Part shown: positions 31,572 to 40,531 of the stretch, piece after piece | Numbering within the stretch: position 1 is the first letter of the stretch | Layout: the number at the start of each line of letters is the position of its first letter | DNA from: an uncultured bacterium | Lineage (GTDB): Bacteria > Babelota > Babeliae > Babelales > JACPOV01 | Reading direction: 5' to 3' | DNA length: 64,000 nucleotides | Assembly (NCBI GenBank): GCA_963744715.1 | Contig: CAVUUR010000012.1 | Location: forward strand, 96,001-160,000 | Program-made: the position numbers and the translations under genes | Notes under the pieces: generated by a model | The model's database searches: none | The model's input: the letters and a program-made list of their open reading frames with translations, nothing else | What the model was told of the DNA's origin: nothing

Positions 31572-31795
31572 GAAGACGGAGTGCTGTTTCCCCACAAATT
31601 AGTAGAATTTTTTAACTAACAAATAAAGTAAAAAAAGAATAAAGGTGTTAACAGAATCTAAAATTATGCGACAAAATACTCATTTTTATTTTATTTGGAG
31701 AAAAGGTACCGCGTTTCATTACGATGAACATGGAGAGAAAAGCATTGAAAATTAGATATATTATAGGGTCTTGCTTTAAGGCGACTTGAAGGAAA

Positions 31796-31816
31796 TCTGA
31801 GTCTACTATACTAAAT
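31796..31816. promoter_or_regulatory. HAIR-like (HspR) operator upstream of dnaK
   Basis: TCTGAGT-N7-ACTAAAT versus consensus CTTGAGT-N7-ACTCAAG (10/14 matches, exact spacing); TTGACA at 31833; hspR-like gene in the window. Confidence 0.5.
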
Positions 31817-31903
31817 AAAGTTGATATTAAAGTTGACATTCTTTTAGTTATTTTATATATATATATTATAATAAACTATGAAAAAACTGAAAGGAATTTA
31901 CGT

Positions 31904-33784
31904 ATGGGAAAAATTATAGGAATAGACCTTGGAACAACAAATTCAGTTGTTTCTTTTATGGAAGGCGGTAAGGCCAAAGTTATACCAAGCAAAGAAGGTG
32001 GAAATATCATACCTTCCGTTGTAGCTTTTACCAAAGATGGCAAAAGGCTTGTAGGAACATTAGCCCGTCGCCAAGCTGTTACAAACCCAGAAAATACTAT
32101 TTATTCTGTTAAGCGATTTATTGGCCATCGTTATGATGAAGTAGCGCAAGAAGCTAAAAAAATGCCTTATAAGGTTATCAAGCGTGCGAATGGTGATGTT
32201 GCCATCATGGCACAGGGCAAAGAATATACTCCGCAAGAAATATCTGCAGCCATTTTAAGCCTTATTAAACAAACGGCCGAAGATTATCTAGGGGAAAAAG
32301 TAACTGATGCCGTTATTACTGTTCCTGCCTATTTTAATGATTCACAACGGCAAGCAACGAAAGATGCTGGAAAAATAGCAGGTCTTGAGGTTAAGCGCAT
32401 TATCAATGAACCGACAGCGGCAGCGCTCGCTTATGGTATGGATAAGAAAAAAAATGGTACTATTGCTGTATTTGATTTCGGTGGTGGAACCTTTGATATC
32501 TCAGTTCTTGAAATCAGCGATGGCGTGATTGAAGTTAAATCTACTAACGGCGATACCCATTTAGGTGGTGATGATATCGACCAACGTTTGATTGATTATC
32601 TCGTTGATGAATTTAAAAAAGAACAAGGAATCGATCTTCATAATGATAAAATGGCTTTACAACGGCTAAAAGAAGCTGCTGAAAAAGCAAAAAAAGAACT
32701 TTCAACGATACCAGAAACAGATATTAATCTTCCCTACATTACCGCTGATGCATCAGGACCTAAACATTTAAACGTAAAAATAACTCGAGCAAAATTAGAA
32801 TCTCTATGCTCTGATCTTTTTGATCGGCTCTTAATTCCTTGCAAAAAAGCTATGAGTGATGCAAAAATCAGTAATGACCAATTAGATGAAGTTATTTTGG
32901 TTGGTGGATCAACTCGTATTCCAAAAGTTCAAGAATTAGTAAAAAAATTCTTCGGCAAGGAACCAAATAAATCAGTCGATCCGGATGAAGTTGTTTCATT
33001 GGGTGCTGCAATTCAAGGCGGTGTATTGGCAGGTGAAGTAACTGACGTTCTTTTACTCGACGTTACTCCTTTATCTTTAGGTATTGAAACGCTAGGTGGT
33101 GTTGTTACCAAGCTTATTGAACGCAATACAACCATACCAACAAGAAAATCCCAAGTATTTTCTACTGCCGAAGATAATCAAACTGCCGTAGATATTCGCG
33201 TATTTCAAGGCGAACGAGAATTTGCAAAAGATAATAAACTTCTTGGCCAATTCAAGCTTGAAGGATTACCACCTGCTCCACGCGGAACTCCTCAAGTCGA
33301 AGTAACCTTCGATATTGATGCAAATGGTATCGTTAACGTAACGGCAAAAGATAAGGCTACTGGCAAAGAGCAAAAAATAACCATTACAAGCAGTAGCGGT
33401 CTTAGCAAAGATGATATCGAGCGCATGCTTAACGAAGCAAAATCACATGAAAATGAGGATAAAAAAGCTCGTGAAACAATAGAAAAGAAAAATCGTCTTG
33501 ATGGGTTAATCCTTGAGATTGAACGTTCATTAAAAGAAAACAAAGAAAAACTGGCTGCAAATGATGTTCAAAATATTGAACAAGAGTTAGAAAAAGCTCG
33601 CATCGTACTTAAAGACTTTAGCACCAATGATCAGGAACTCCAAAAGGGATTTGATCAGCTCAGTCAAGCTTGGTACAAAGTTGCAGAACAACTGTACAAA
33701 CAAGGTTCATCAGATCAACAAACAAAAACTGATGATTCATCAACCAATCCAGGACAAGGTCCTATTGATGCTGATATTAGCTAA
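31904..33784 (+). CDS. dnaK: Chaperone DnaK
   Basis: [47 protein letters not shown]. Confidence 0.99.
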   Translation: MGKIIGIDLGTTNSVVSFMEGGKAKVIPSKEGGNIIPSVVAFTKDGKRLVGTLARRQAVTNPENTIYSVKRFIGHRYDEVAQEAKKMPYKVIKRANGDVAIMAQGKEYTPQEISAAILSLIKQTAEDYLGEKVTDAVITVPAYFNDSQRQATKDAGKIAGLEVKRIINEPTAAALAYGMDKKKNGTIAVFDFGGGTFDISVLEISDGVIEVKSTNGDTHLGGDDIDQRLIDYLVDEFKKEQGIDLHNDKMALQRLKEAAEKAKKELSTIPETDINLPYITADASGPKHLNVKITRAKLESLCSDLFDRLLIPCKKAMSDAKISNDQLDEVILVGGSTRIPKVQELVKKFFGKEPNKSVDPDEVVSLGAAIQGGVLAGEVTDVLLLDVTPLSLGIETLGGVVTKLIERNTTIPTRKSQVFSTAEDNQTAVDIRVFQGEREFAKDNKLLGQFKLEGLPPAPRGTPQVEVTFDIDANGIVNVTAKDKATGKEQKITITSSSGLSKDDIERMLNEAKSHENEDKKARETIEKKNRLDGLILEIERSLKENKEKLAANDVQNIEQELEKARIVLKDFSTNDQELQKGFDQLSQAWYKVAEQLYKQGSSDQQTKTDDSSTNPGQGPIDADIS

Positions 33785-33806
33785 GTTTTTTCTATAACGA
33801 CAGCAC

Positions 33807-33841
33807 AAAAAGAGGCAAGACTCAAATCCTTGCCTCTTTTT
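33807..33841. terminator. Bidirectional intrinsic terminator between dnaK and the convergent gene
   Basis: AAAAAGAGGCAAG-actcaaatc-CTTGCCTCTTTTT. Confidence 0.85.
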
Positions 33842-33843
33842 CT

Positions 33844-34158
33844 TTATACTAATGGCCTTCCGCCTTTCAGTAATCGATCCTTTCTCTCTGGATATACAGA
33901 ACCCCTTTTTGCTTCAATTTTTTTAACAGCGTCTTCAAAAGCTTCTTGTGCAAAACCTGTCAATGTTAAACCTGGTTCCCAGTAAACAACATTTTTAATA
34001 CGTTCAATTAAATCAATGGGTAGGTGAATCGTAATTCGTTGTTTTTTACAAGACTCAGATTGCTCGGCCATCAATTTCTCATCACATTGATCCGATTCAG
34101 CTGCTGCTGAAGCAAAATATGCTTCTAATGGATTATTTCCTAAAGTTTTCTTTTTCAT
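33844..34158 (-). CDS. Small ribbon-helix-helix-like ParA partner protein
   Basis: KQRITIHLPIDLIERIKN beta-alpha pattern; basic N-terminus MKKKTLGNNPL; directly downstream of parA. Confidence 0.7.
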   Translation of the reverse strand: MKKKTLGNNPLEAYFASAAAESDQCDEKLMAEQSESCKKQRITIHLPIDLIERIKNVVYWEPGLTLTGFAQEAFEDAVKKIEAKRGSVYPERKDRLLKGGRPLV

Positions 34159-34183
34159 CGTCCATACTCCTTAATTTTAGTTA

Positions 34184-34945
34184 TCACACATGTTCTTGCT
34201 TAATAACCTCTTTGGCTAACGATCGATAATCAATTGCACCATTACTATTGCTGTCATACAACGTGATAGGTTGAGCAAATGAAGATGCCTCAGAAAGTTT
34301 TATATTTTCACGAATAGCAGTTTTATATAAAATATTTTTAAAATTTGTTTTTAACTCATTAACAACTTCCTTTGAATGTTTGGTACGAACATCAACACGA
34401 CACGGCAAAATACCTGCAATAATTAGCGTCTGATTTAACCGCTCCTTAATAAGATCAATAGTTTGCAATAATTGAACAAGACCACTCAATGCCATAAAAC
34501 GAGTCTCAACAGGAACAATAACTTCATGCACTGCGCTCAGGGCGTTAACGGTTAATATACCAAGGGTAGGCGGGCAGTCAATAAGCACATAATCATATTG
34601 GGCTGCCGCTAAGCTTAATAATTGATGTTTTAAAATCGTTTCTGCACCCACTTCATGTGCTAGCATTTTTTCAAGCCCTACAAGCCACGGTGATGACGGT
34701 ATAACATCAATACCCGCAAAAACATTTTTTATGATAATGTCTACAATGGAAACGCGCTCAATAAATACCGGATACATTCCCTTAGTATTTCTATCGATAC
34801 CAAACCAAATAGTTGTCGAGGCTTGCGGATCAAGATCGATAACAAGAACTTTTCTTTTTTTCTCGGTTAATGCTGCAGAAAGATTTACGGTAGTAGTAGT
34901 TTTACCACTTCCCCCTTTTTGATTAATAATAGCAATAGTACGCAC
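34184..34945 (-). CDS. parA: ParA/Soj-family ATPase (GTG start after AAGGAG)
   Basis: NQKGGSGKTTT, IDLDPQAS, IDCPPTLG, IRENIKLSEA. Confidence 0.9.
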   Translation of the reverse strand: MRTIAIINQKGGSGKTTTTVNLSAALTEKKRKVLVIDLDPQASTTIWFGIDRNTKGMYPVFIERVSIVDIIIKNVFAGIDVIPSSPWLVGLEKMLAHEVGAETILKHQLLSLAAAQYDYVLIDCPPTLGILTVNALSAVHEVIVPVETRFMALSGLVQLLQTIDLIKERLNQTLIIAGILPCRVDVRTKHSKEVVNELKTNFKNILYKTAIRENIKLSEASSFAQPITLYDSNSNGAIDYRSLAKEVIKQEHV

Positions 34946-35223
34946 ATTACACTCCTTTTGATAAACCAATAAATATCAACAGTCATGCTACTACAATATT
35001 TTTCATAATGACAATAATATATTACATAACAAGTGATACTTTCCTTTATGATTATGCATTCTTGAAATTAATTGAAGACAATGCTTGCAATACAACCTTT
35101 ATATAAAAAATTATATATGCACACCAATCTTCCAATCCATACCAAAATGTTTTATACTACTAATCATACAATTTAAACAATGCACACTATGTGTACAATA
35201 CCTAAAATCATGAAAGAAATTCA

Positions 35224-36111
35224 ATGAAAAATATAGTTAAAATAATGCTTTGCATCTTTATATCGCCGATTACACTAAAGGCCTGGGAATACGTTCACTC
35301 AGAATCTTCGGAATATGTTTACTATAATAATCAAGATGGAGTCATTAAGGAATATCCCGACAAAGCAGTGATTCAAGGATCATGGAAAAAAAATCAGCAA
35401 AAAGTACCGAGAGTAGACATCGTTAAAGAAAGCACTATATCTGATAACAAGACACAAGAACAACTAACAGAATCTATCGATATTCAACAAAATATTCCCG
35501 CACTTAAACCCGAGCCGGCTGATTTAAAAGTATTAATCGATGCAAACCAATATGTGCCAATTACCATTTCCAGGGCGACTCTTTTTAAAGCGGATTTAAA
35601 AGAAACATCATGGCGTTCCGGTTCACGCATGATGAGTGTTTACGCAAAAGAAATAAATTTGGAAAAATCTTCTTTGTGTAATGCTTCTTGGAACAACATT
35701 AATGTAAAAAACGCTAATTTACGAAGCATTTATTTTTGGGGAACTATGTTCAATGTATGGGCAGAAGAATCTGATTTATCCAATGCATTTATCTGTGGAA
35801 AAATTCTCAATGCAGACTTCCAACAGGCAAATTTAACTAATGCAAAGCTTGCTGGTGACTTTATTAACGTTAACTTTACCGGAGCAATAACGGATGATCT
35901 TTCATTTGACCCTAATACTAATTTAGCTAAAACAACCGGTTTGTCATTAACTAATGAGCAAATCATTGAAGCTAAAAAAAATAATTGCATTCTCCCCAGG
36001 GAATTAGAAATGAGATGGCTAGCCCTTTCCGCTTATTCTGCCACAGCAATCATAACAACCGAAGCTAGAAAATACACAGAAGAATTCATGCAAAAAATTT
36101 CACAAAAATAG
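35224..36111 (+). CDS. Secreted pentapeptide-repeat protein
   Basis: ANLRS, SDLSN, ADFQQ-ANLTN-AKL repeats; signal peptide. Confidence 0.8.
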   Translation: MKNIVKIMLCIFISPITLKAWEYVHSESSEYVYYNNQDGVIKEYPDKAVIQGSWKKNQQKVPRVDIVKESTISDNKTQEQLTESIDIQQNIPALKPEPADLKVLIDANQYVPITISRATLFKADLKETSWRSGSRMMSVYAKEINLEKSSLCNASWNNINVKNANLRSIYFWGTMFNVWAEESDLSNAFICGKILNADFQQANLTNAKLAGDFINVNFTGAITDDLSFDPNTNLAKTTGLSLTNEQIIEAKKNNCILPRELEMRWLALSAYSATAIITTEARKYTEEFMQKISQK

Positions 36112-36113
36112 CA

Positions 36114-36554
36114 TCAGCTTTTACTGGCAAGATAATAATCGAGTGAAATAGTGCCGCTGCCGATAAAGAAAAACGTTATAAAAACAATAATTAATGACAG
36201 TGAAAATGAATATACTGAAAAAGGATCTCCATTTTTTACATGCATCATACATGCAACGGTCATCATGATAATGAGCAGTAGTGAAGCTATTCGTGTTCCT
36301 AAACCAAGCACAAGAGCAATGCCACCAAAAAATTCAGTATTTGCCCCCAAAAATCCCCACATTACCGGCAAAAAATGAATGCCGACATTATTCATGGCCA
36401 TTCCTAAAGATCTCCATGTTGCCATGCCACCCATTACTTTCGGAATGCCATGACCAATAGTTAATATGCCAATACCAATACGCATCAAGCATAAAGCAAT
36501 ATCGAGAGAAACTGGGGAAACTGGCGTAATCAAATATGATAATAATGTATTCAT
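36114..36554 (-). CDS. DoxX-family membrane protein
   Basis: MRIGIG...HGIPKV, EFFGGIALVLGLGTR, GSGTISLD. Confidence 0.9.
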   Translation of the reverse strand: MNTLLSYLITPVSPVSLDIALCLMRIGIGILTIGHGIPKVMGGMATWRSLGMAMNNVGIHFLPVMWGFLGANTEFFGGIALVLGLGTRIASLLLIIMMTVACMMHVKNGDPFSVYSFSLSLIIVFITFFFIGSGTISLDYYLASKS

Positions 36555-36565
36555 TAATTATCCCC

Positions 36566-36961
36566 TCATGCATATAATGTTTTTACAACGAGAATTGTTA
36601 TAATAAAATTGATAATATACAGCGATGTGCAAAGCAAACATAACGATTTAACTCTAAAATAGAGCAAATAGGCAAGAAATAATGATACTATACAGCTACT
36701 TATTGATGCAATTAAAAGAAGTTTGTCAGCATGTAGTAGTACTAACATCGCGATAAAAAAATAAAATATCATGCCAATTATAGCATTTGAGAAAAAAAAT
36801 ATATTGGAATATGCACTTTTCATTGGTTTTGAACAAGAAATTTTATCAGATATATCACATACCGGTTTATAACCAGGAACCGACTTAATTTTTTTCTCAA
36901 CAATATAGGTATATAATGAGATGCAAAAACCGATAGCAGCAAGAACTATAATTATTAACAT
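36566..36961 (-). CDS. Vitamin K epoxide reductase (VKOR) family protein
   Basis: CDISDKISCS loop cysteines and CLLC active site; four TM segments. Confidence 0.9.
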   Translation of the reverse strand: MLIIIVLAAIGFCISLYTYIVEKKIKSVPGYKPVCDISDKISCSKPMKSAYSNIFFFSNAIIGMIFYFFIAMLVLLHADKLLLIASISSCIVSLFLAYLLYFRVKSLCLLCTSLYIINFIITILVVKTLYA

Positions 36962-37030
36962 AGAAAACTCCTTTTAAAGAAAAAATAATATATATTCTCC
37001 CCGATTATACAAGATTACAATTACCAATAA

Positions 37031-37804
37031 CTAATAAAATCGAATTACCTTATTTTTTCCTTCTTGATACGGTTCATTCTTAAAATATGGTTTAAGCATG
37101 TCAACCAATATTGGTCTTAAGATTATTTTCTCTTTCTTACGGTTACCTTGATCATTAATAATATCGGCCTCTATAGTTACTTTTTTTTGGGAAGCACCAA
37201 GGTTACCTATCGTTCGTGCAAGTTCATTCCATGAAACAAGCGCGAGAGCATCTTTTTCCTTCAGCTTTGGATCTTTTACTATTTTAATATTCGAATAAAA
37301 TTCTTTTTGTAGCCTCGTAATATCTTTTTCAGAAAATTTTGTAATATAAAGTACATATTTCTTAGGTTTCAATGCAATAACAACCTCAGTATTTCCGCCA
37401 TCAACGTCAATGTACTTGAGAGCTTGTTTTTCGAACATAAGCGCATACGCCGTTTCTTCGGCAAATTCCCTACTTGCAGTTACAACAGGATGTTTTTCTC
37501 CTGGATCGCGTGAACCACTAAACGAATCCCAGGTTCCCCTATCCCAACCATACAATTCACGAGAAACTAAAACATATTTATTGTTATTAGATACCCACAT
37601 AGGTAAAACCCCTGCTGCATTAAAACTAAATTCTTTTAATGATTTTTTTGGATTCTCAATGGGAACGGGTATAGCTATGCTATCGACAGCGTCTTTTAAC
37701 TGCAGCAATGAATCATTGAGAATTTCTAATTCAGTATTTACCGCACAACAACTCATTAGTGAGTAAAGAAATGGTATAAGACCTATTTTGAATATATGCT
37801 TCAT
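37031..37804 (-). CDS. Secreted NUDIX-like hydrolase
   Basis: AAGVLP...WDSFSGSRDPGE.....TASREFAEET Nudix box; signal peptide. Confidence 0.75.
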   Translation of the reverse strand: MKHIFKIGLIPFLYSLMSCCAVNTELEILNDSLLQLKDAVDSIAIPVPIENPKKSLKEFSFNAAGVLPMWVSNNNKYVLVSRELYGWDRGTWDSFSGSRDPGEKHPVVTASREFAEETAYALMFEKQALKYIDVDGGNTEVVIALKPKKYVLYITKFSEKDITRLQKEFYSNIKIVKDPKLKEKDALALVSWNELARTIGNLGASQKKVTIEADIINDQGNRKKEKIILRPILVDMLKPYFKNEPYQEGKNKVIRFY

Positions 37805-37978
37805 AAAAGCCCTACTTTTTATTTTAACTTAATAATGTTTCCTAATTATGTTACGGCTACTTTTTGTTATCTAATAACAAAATAAATAAAAACACCTATT
37901 GACAACAAGAATACTATCCCATAATTTTTGAATTCTGTGTTTTTTGGTTTTTATTAGATATTCTTTGATGCAGAACTA

Positions 37979-38896
37979 TCAGAATGTGTTGGTATTAATA
38001 TATCCCTGCCGTAGCTCTTCTTGATAAAATATATAGAGACCGCATAAGACAATTAATGAAGAAAAAAAGAAGTGCCACGTAACCTGCTCGCCAAGGAAAA
38101 TTACGCCAAAAAGTGCCGCAAACAGGGGGCACATAAATCCTGCAAATGATAAAAACGTTGCCGTATACTCACGCAATAAAAATCCATAAAAATTATAGAA
38201 AATAATGTTAACAACAATAATAATTAACGCTGTCAGCGCCAAAAATGCTCCAATATTATTTACTGGAGAAATTTGCCAATAGCCTTCCATAACGTATGAA
38301 GTAAGCAACGCCAATAATCCACCGCCAAGCATGCCGATACCATTAACCATAAATGGCGAATCTCCTTGACCTTTAACGACCTGCCGCATAATAATCCATC
38401 CGTAACAAGCAGAAGTAACAGCACCTATCATAGCAATATCAGGCCAAGCAAGAAAAAAAACGCCACCGACCATCTCTTCAGCCGGAATACGTTGAATAAG
38501 TTCGGGTATAAATCCCAAAAAACTAATACTCAATCCTAACCATTTTTTTATGGTCATCCGTTCATTAAAAAAGAAATATGAAAAAATTGCCGTTATAAAA
38601 GGGGCTAAATTAAAAAAGAATGATGATTTAAATGAAGTAATATATTGCAATGACCACATATCGAGAATATACGCAAAATAAATATGAAACAGAATAACTT
38701 GTATAAAAACTACGCGATCTTCAGGGCGTATTTTAGGCAATTTTTTGTATCGCCATGTATAAAATGCTAGTAACAATCCGCCAGCAACGATCATGCGGAT
38801 ACCTATAAAAAAAAATGGTTTACTATATTGCAGCACCGCTTTACATAAAGTAAAACTACTGGCGCATAATGCGTATAAAATAACAATTAATAACAC
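37979..38896 (-). CDS. EamA/DMT-family transporter
   Basis: About 10 TM segments in two repeats; LAPFITAIFSYFFFNE; PLFAALFGVIFLGE. Confidence 0.9.
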   Translation of the reverse strand: MLLIVILYALCASSFTLCKAVLQYSKPFFFIGIRMIVAGGLLLAFYTWRYKKLPKIRPEDRVVFIQVILFHIYFAYILDMWSLQYITSFKSSFFFNLAPFITAIFSYFFFNERMTIKKWLGLSISFLGFIPELIQRIPAEEMVGGVFFLAWPDIAMIGAVTSACYGWIIMRQVVKGQGDSPFMVNGIGMLGGGLLALLTSYVMEGYWQISPVNNIGAFLALTALIIIVVNIIFYNFYGFLLREYTATFLSFAGFMCPLFAALFGVIFLGEQVTWHFFFSSLIVLCGLYIFYQEELRQGYINTNTF

Positions 38897-38911
38897 TTAA
38901 ATCCTTATCAT

Positions 38912-38942
38912 AAAAAAAAGCCCGGCTTTTGCCAGGCTTTTT
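38912..38942 (-). terminator. Intrinsic terminator after the DUF378-like gene
   Basis: A-tract, AGCCCGGC-tttt-GCCAGGCT, T-tract. Confidence 0.65.
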
Positions 38943-38961
38943 CCAAAAAAAACTAATTAAA

Positions 38962-39195
38962 TTATTGGCATTCTTTAGAACCACACCAGCAACATCCGCT
39001 GTGCATAACAAATAAAACTAAACTAATAACTCCCGCTATGCCAAAAATATATTCCAAAGGTCTTGCAAAATGTACTAAAGGAGCCATAGAAAGAAAATTA
39101 TAATTAAGCGCAAGTAACCCTATATGAATACATCCAATGGCAGTAAGCGCCCAAACAACACTTGCTACTATTTTCATAGCTGGTGATCTCATCAT
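38962..39195 (-). CDS. DUF378-like small membrane protein
   Basis: WALTAIGCIHIGL...YIFGIAGV two-TM pattern. Confidence 0.65.
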   Translation of the reverse strand: MMRSPAMKIVASVVWALTAIGCIHIGLLALNYNFLSMAPLVHFARPLEYIFGIAGVISLVLFVMHSGCCWCGSKECQ

Positions 39196-39351
39196 AACAA
39201 ATCTCCTTTAAAAAAAACAACTTGTAACATACTCTCCGCTAAATCATACACAAAAAAAATACTCATGAAAAGAGTTCTCTATCTGATTACATATTTTATT
39301 AATACAATACATAAATATAAATATGCAACAATTATTAATAAAATAATTTTC

Positions 39352-39420
39352 TGTTTAAGATATTTCAATTAAGGCATCTTCCAACGATCTTCTTATAATG
39401 CCCATCCTAGACACAAGTAC
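39352..39420 (-). pseudogene. Diverged remnant copy of the 3' end of gene 40532..42265
   Basis: Encodes LVSRMGIIRRSLEDALIEIS* versus LFGRIGGIRKALDDALIEKS*; 37/46 nt identical (39352-39397 vs 40529-40574). Confidence 0.75.
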
Positions 39421-39513
39421 AGCAGTCACCCCTAACGGACAATTCCTTCATGTACTCCTTAATAAAACTCGTGTAATAAGGTTTTTTAAATTGTTCAAAA
39501 TTTTTTAGCACTT

Positions 39514-40398
39514 TTATTCGGTTGGCCATTTTTTGCAAATGCCTCGCTCTTTACAATAATCGAGCAACGTTTTTTTATATTTAGGTTCCGTATGATTTGT
39601 ACAAAGCGGAATGATGCGATGATCTCCCTTATCACTACGTATAATAATTTTATTCCCCTGTTTATTAAAAGCGCAAAATAAGGTATTGAATCCTAAAACA
39701 TCCAACGGTATTTCTTCACGATCATCTCGATCGCTATGCGTTAAAGATAAATAATGCCTATTATCTTTTCTCATTACTCTTGCTATATCGGCATCCATAG
39801 GGCATCGACGGTTATCAGAAACTGCTACGGATATACAATCATCTTGTCCTGAATATTTTTTATGGATAACGTCTCCTTTTTTCATATCATGAATACATAA
39901 TGCATTTGACTGGTATTGACTAGTTTCCCCATCAAAAACAACCATTTTTGAACTATGAGGAGAATAAGAAAATAGTGGATGAGCTAATCCTGGGTCATGA
40001 AAAGAACTATATAATATTTTATTATTTCTGGTTTTTTTGTTATAGGCATTAATAATGCAATCAGTAAGGGGAGAACTCAATGATACCTCCGAAGAAATAC
40101 GGCTTTTTGCATTTTCAATAGGAACATCTATTTTCCCTTGCTTATTTTTTTTTGTTCGTTCAATAAATGCTTCATCGCATTCATAGCATTCATATCCTAT
40201 AAATTCCAAAATTAAACATTGAATTTCTTCAGGGAGATTTGCAAGGTAGCAGGGGCCGATTATCTTATTATTCTTTGATCGTAATTGCAACTTGGCACAA
40301 GAAAATAATTTCTGCCAAAATCCGGTTGATAGACGATCTTCCATGGCCAGCGCATGCGTACTATACAAAATAAAAATCATAATTATAACATACAGCAT
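39514..40398 (-). CDS. Secreted protein with F-box-like motif and partial beta-propeller
   Basis: LANLPEEIQCLILEFI; FSYSPHSS, VAVSDN, AFNKQG blade-like motifs. Confidence 0.7.
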   Translation of the reverse strand: MLYVIIMIFILYSTHALAMEDRLSTGFWQKLFSCAKLQLRSKNNKIIGPCYLANLPEEIQCLILEFIGYECYECDEAFIERTKKNKQGKIDVPIENAKSRISSEVSLSSPLTDCIINAYNKKTRNNKILYSSFHDPGLAHPLFSYSPHSSKMVVFDGETSQYQSNALCIHDMKKGDVIHKKYSGQDDCISVAVSDNRRCPMDADIARVMRKDNRHYLSLTHSDRDDREEIPLDVLGFNTLFCAFNKQGNKIIIRSDKGDHRIIPLCTNHTEPKYKKTLLDYCKERGICKKWPTE

Positions 40399-40531
40399 TC
40401 CATCTCCAATAGTGTTCCATAACTTTTGTCAACATGACAGATTATCAAAAAAAAGTATACGCGGCAAAAGTATCTACTACGTTGGATACGGTAACTATGT
40501 ATACATGAGCATTAATACAATAATAATTTGT

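Noticed and set aside
31048..31586. CIRCE element (TTAGCACCC near 31048, GAGTGCTG near 31579)
   Set aside because: The half-sites are more than 500 bp apart rather than 9 bp.
31505..31590. tmRNA or tRNA-like element (minus-strand GGGGCTGCCGGTCTTGAC)
   Set aside because: No T-arm, CCA end or tag reading frame; the pairing is a simple hairpin.
30499..31903. oriC in the large AT-rich spacer (TTATACACT, TTATACATA x2, TTCCCCACA; parA nearby)
   Set aside because: No perfect DnaA box, and by eye the plus strand stays C-rich on both sides, so no skew switch. Not excluded without a genome-wide skew calculation.
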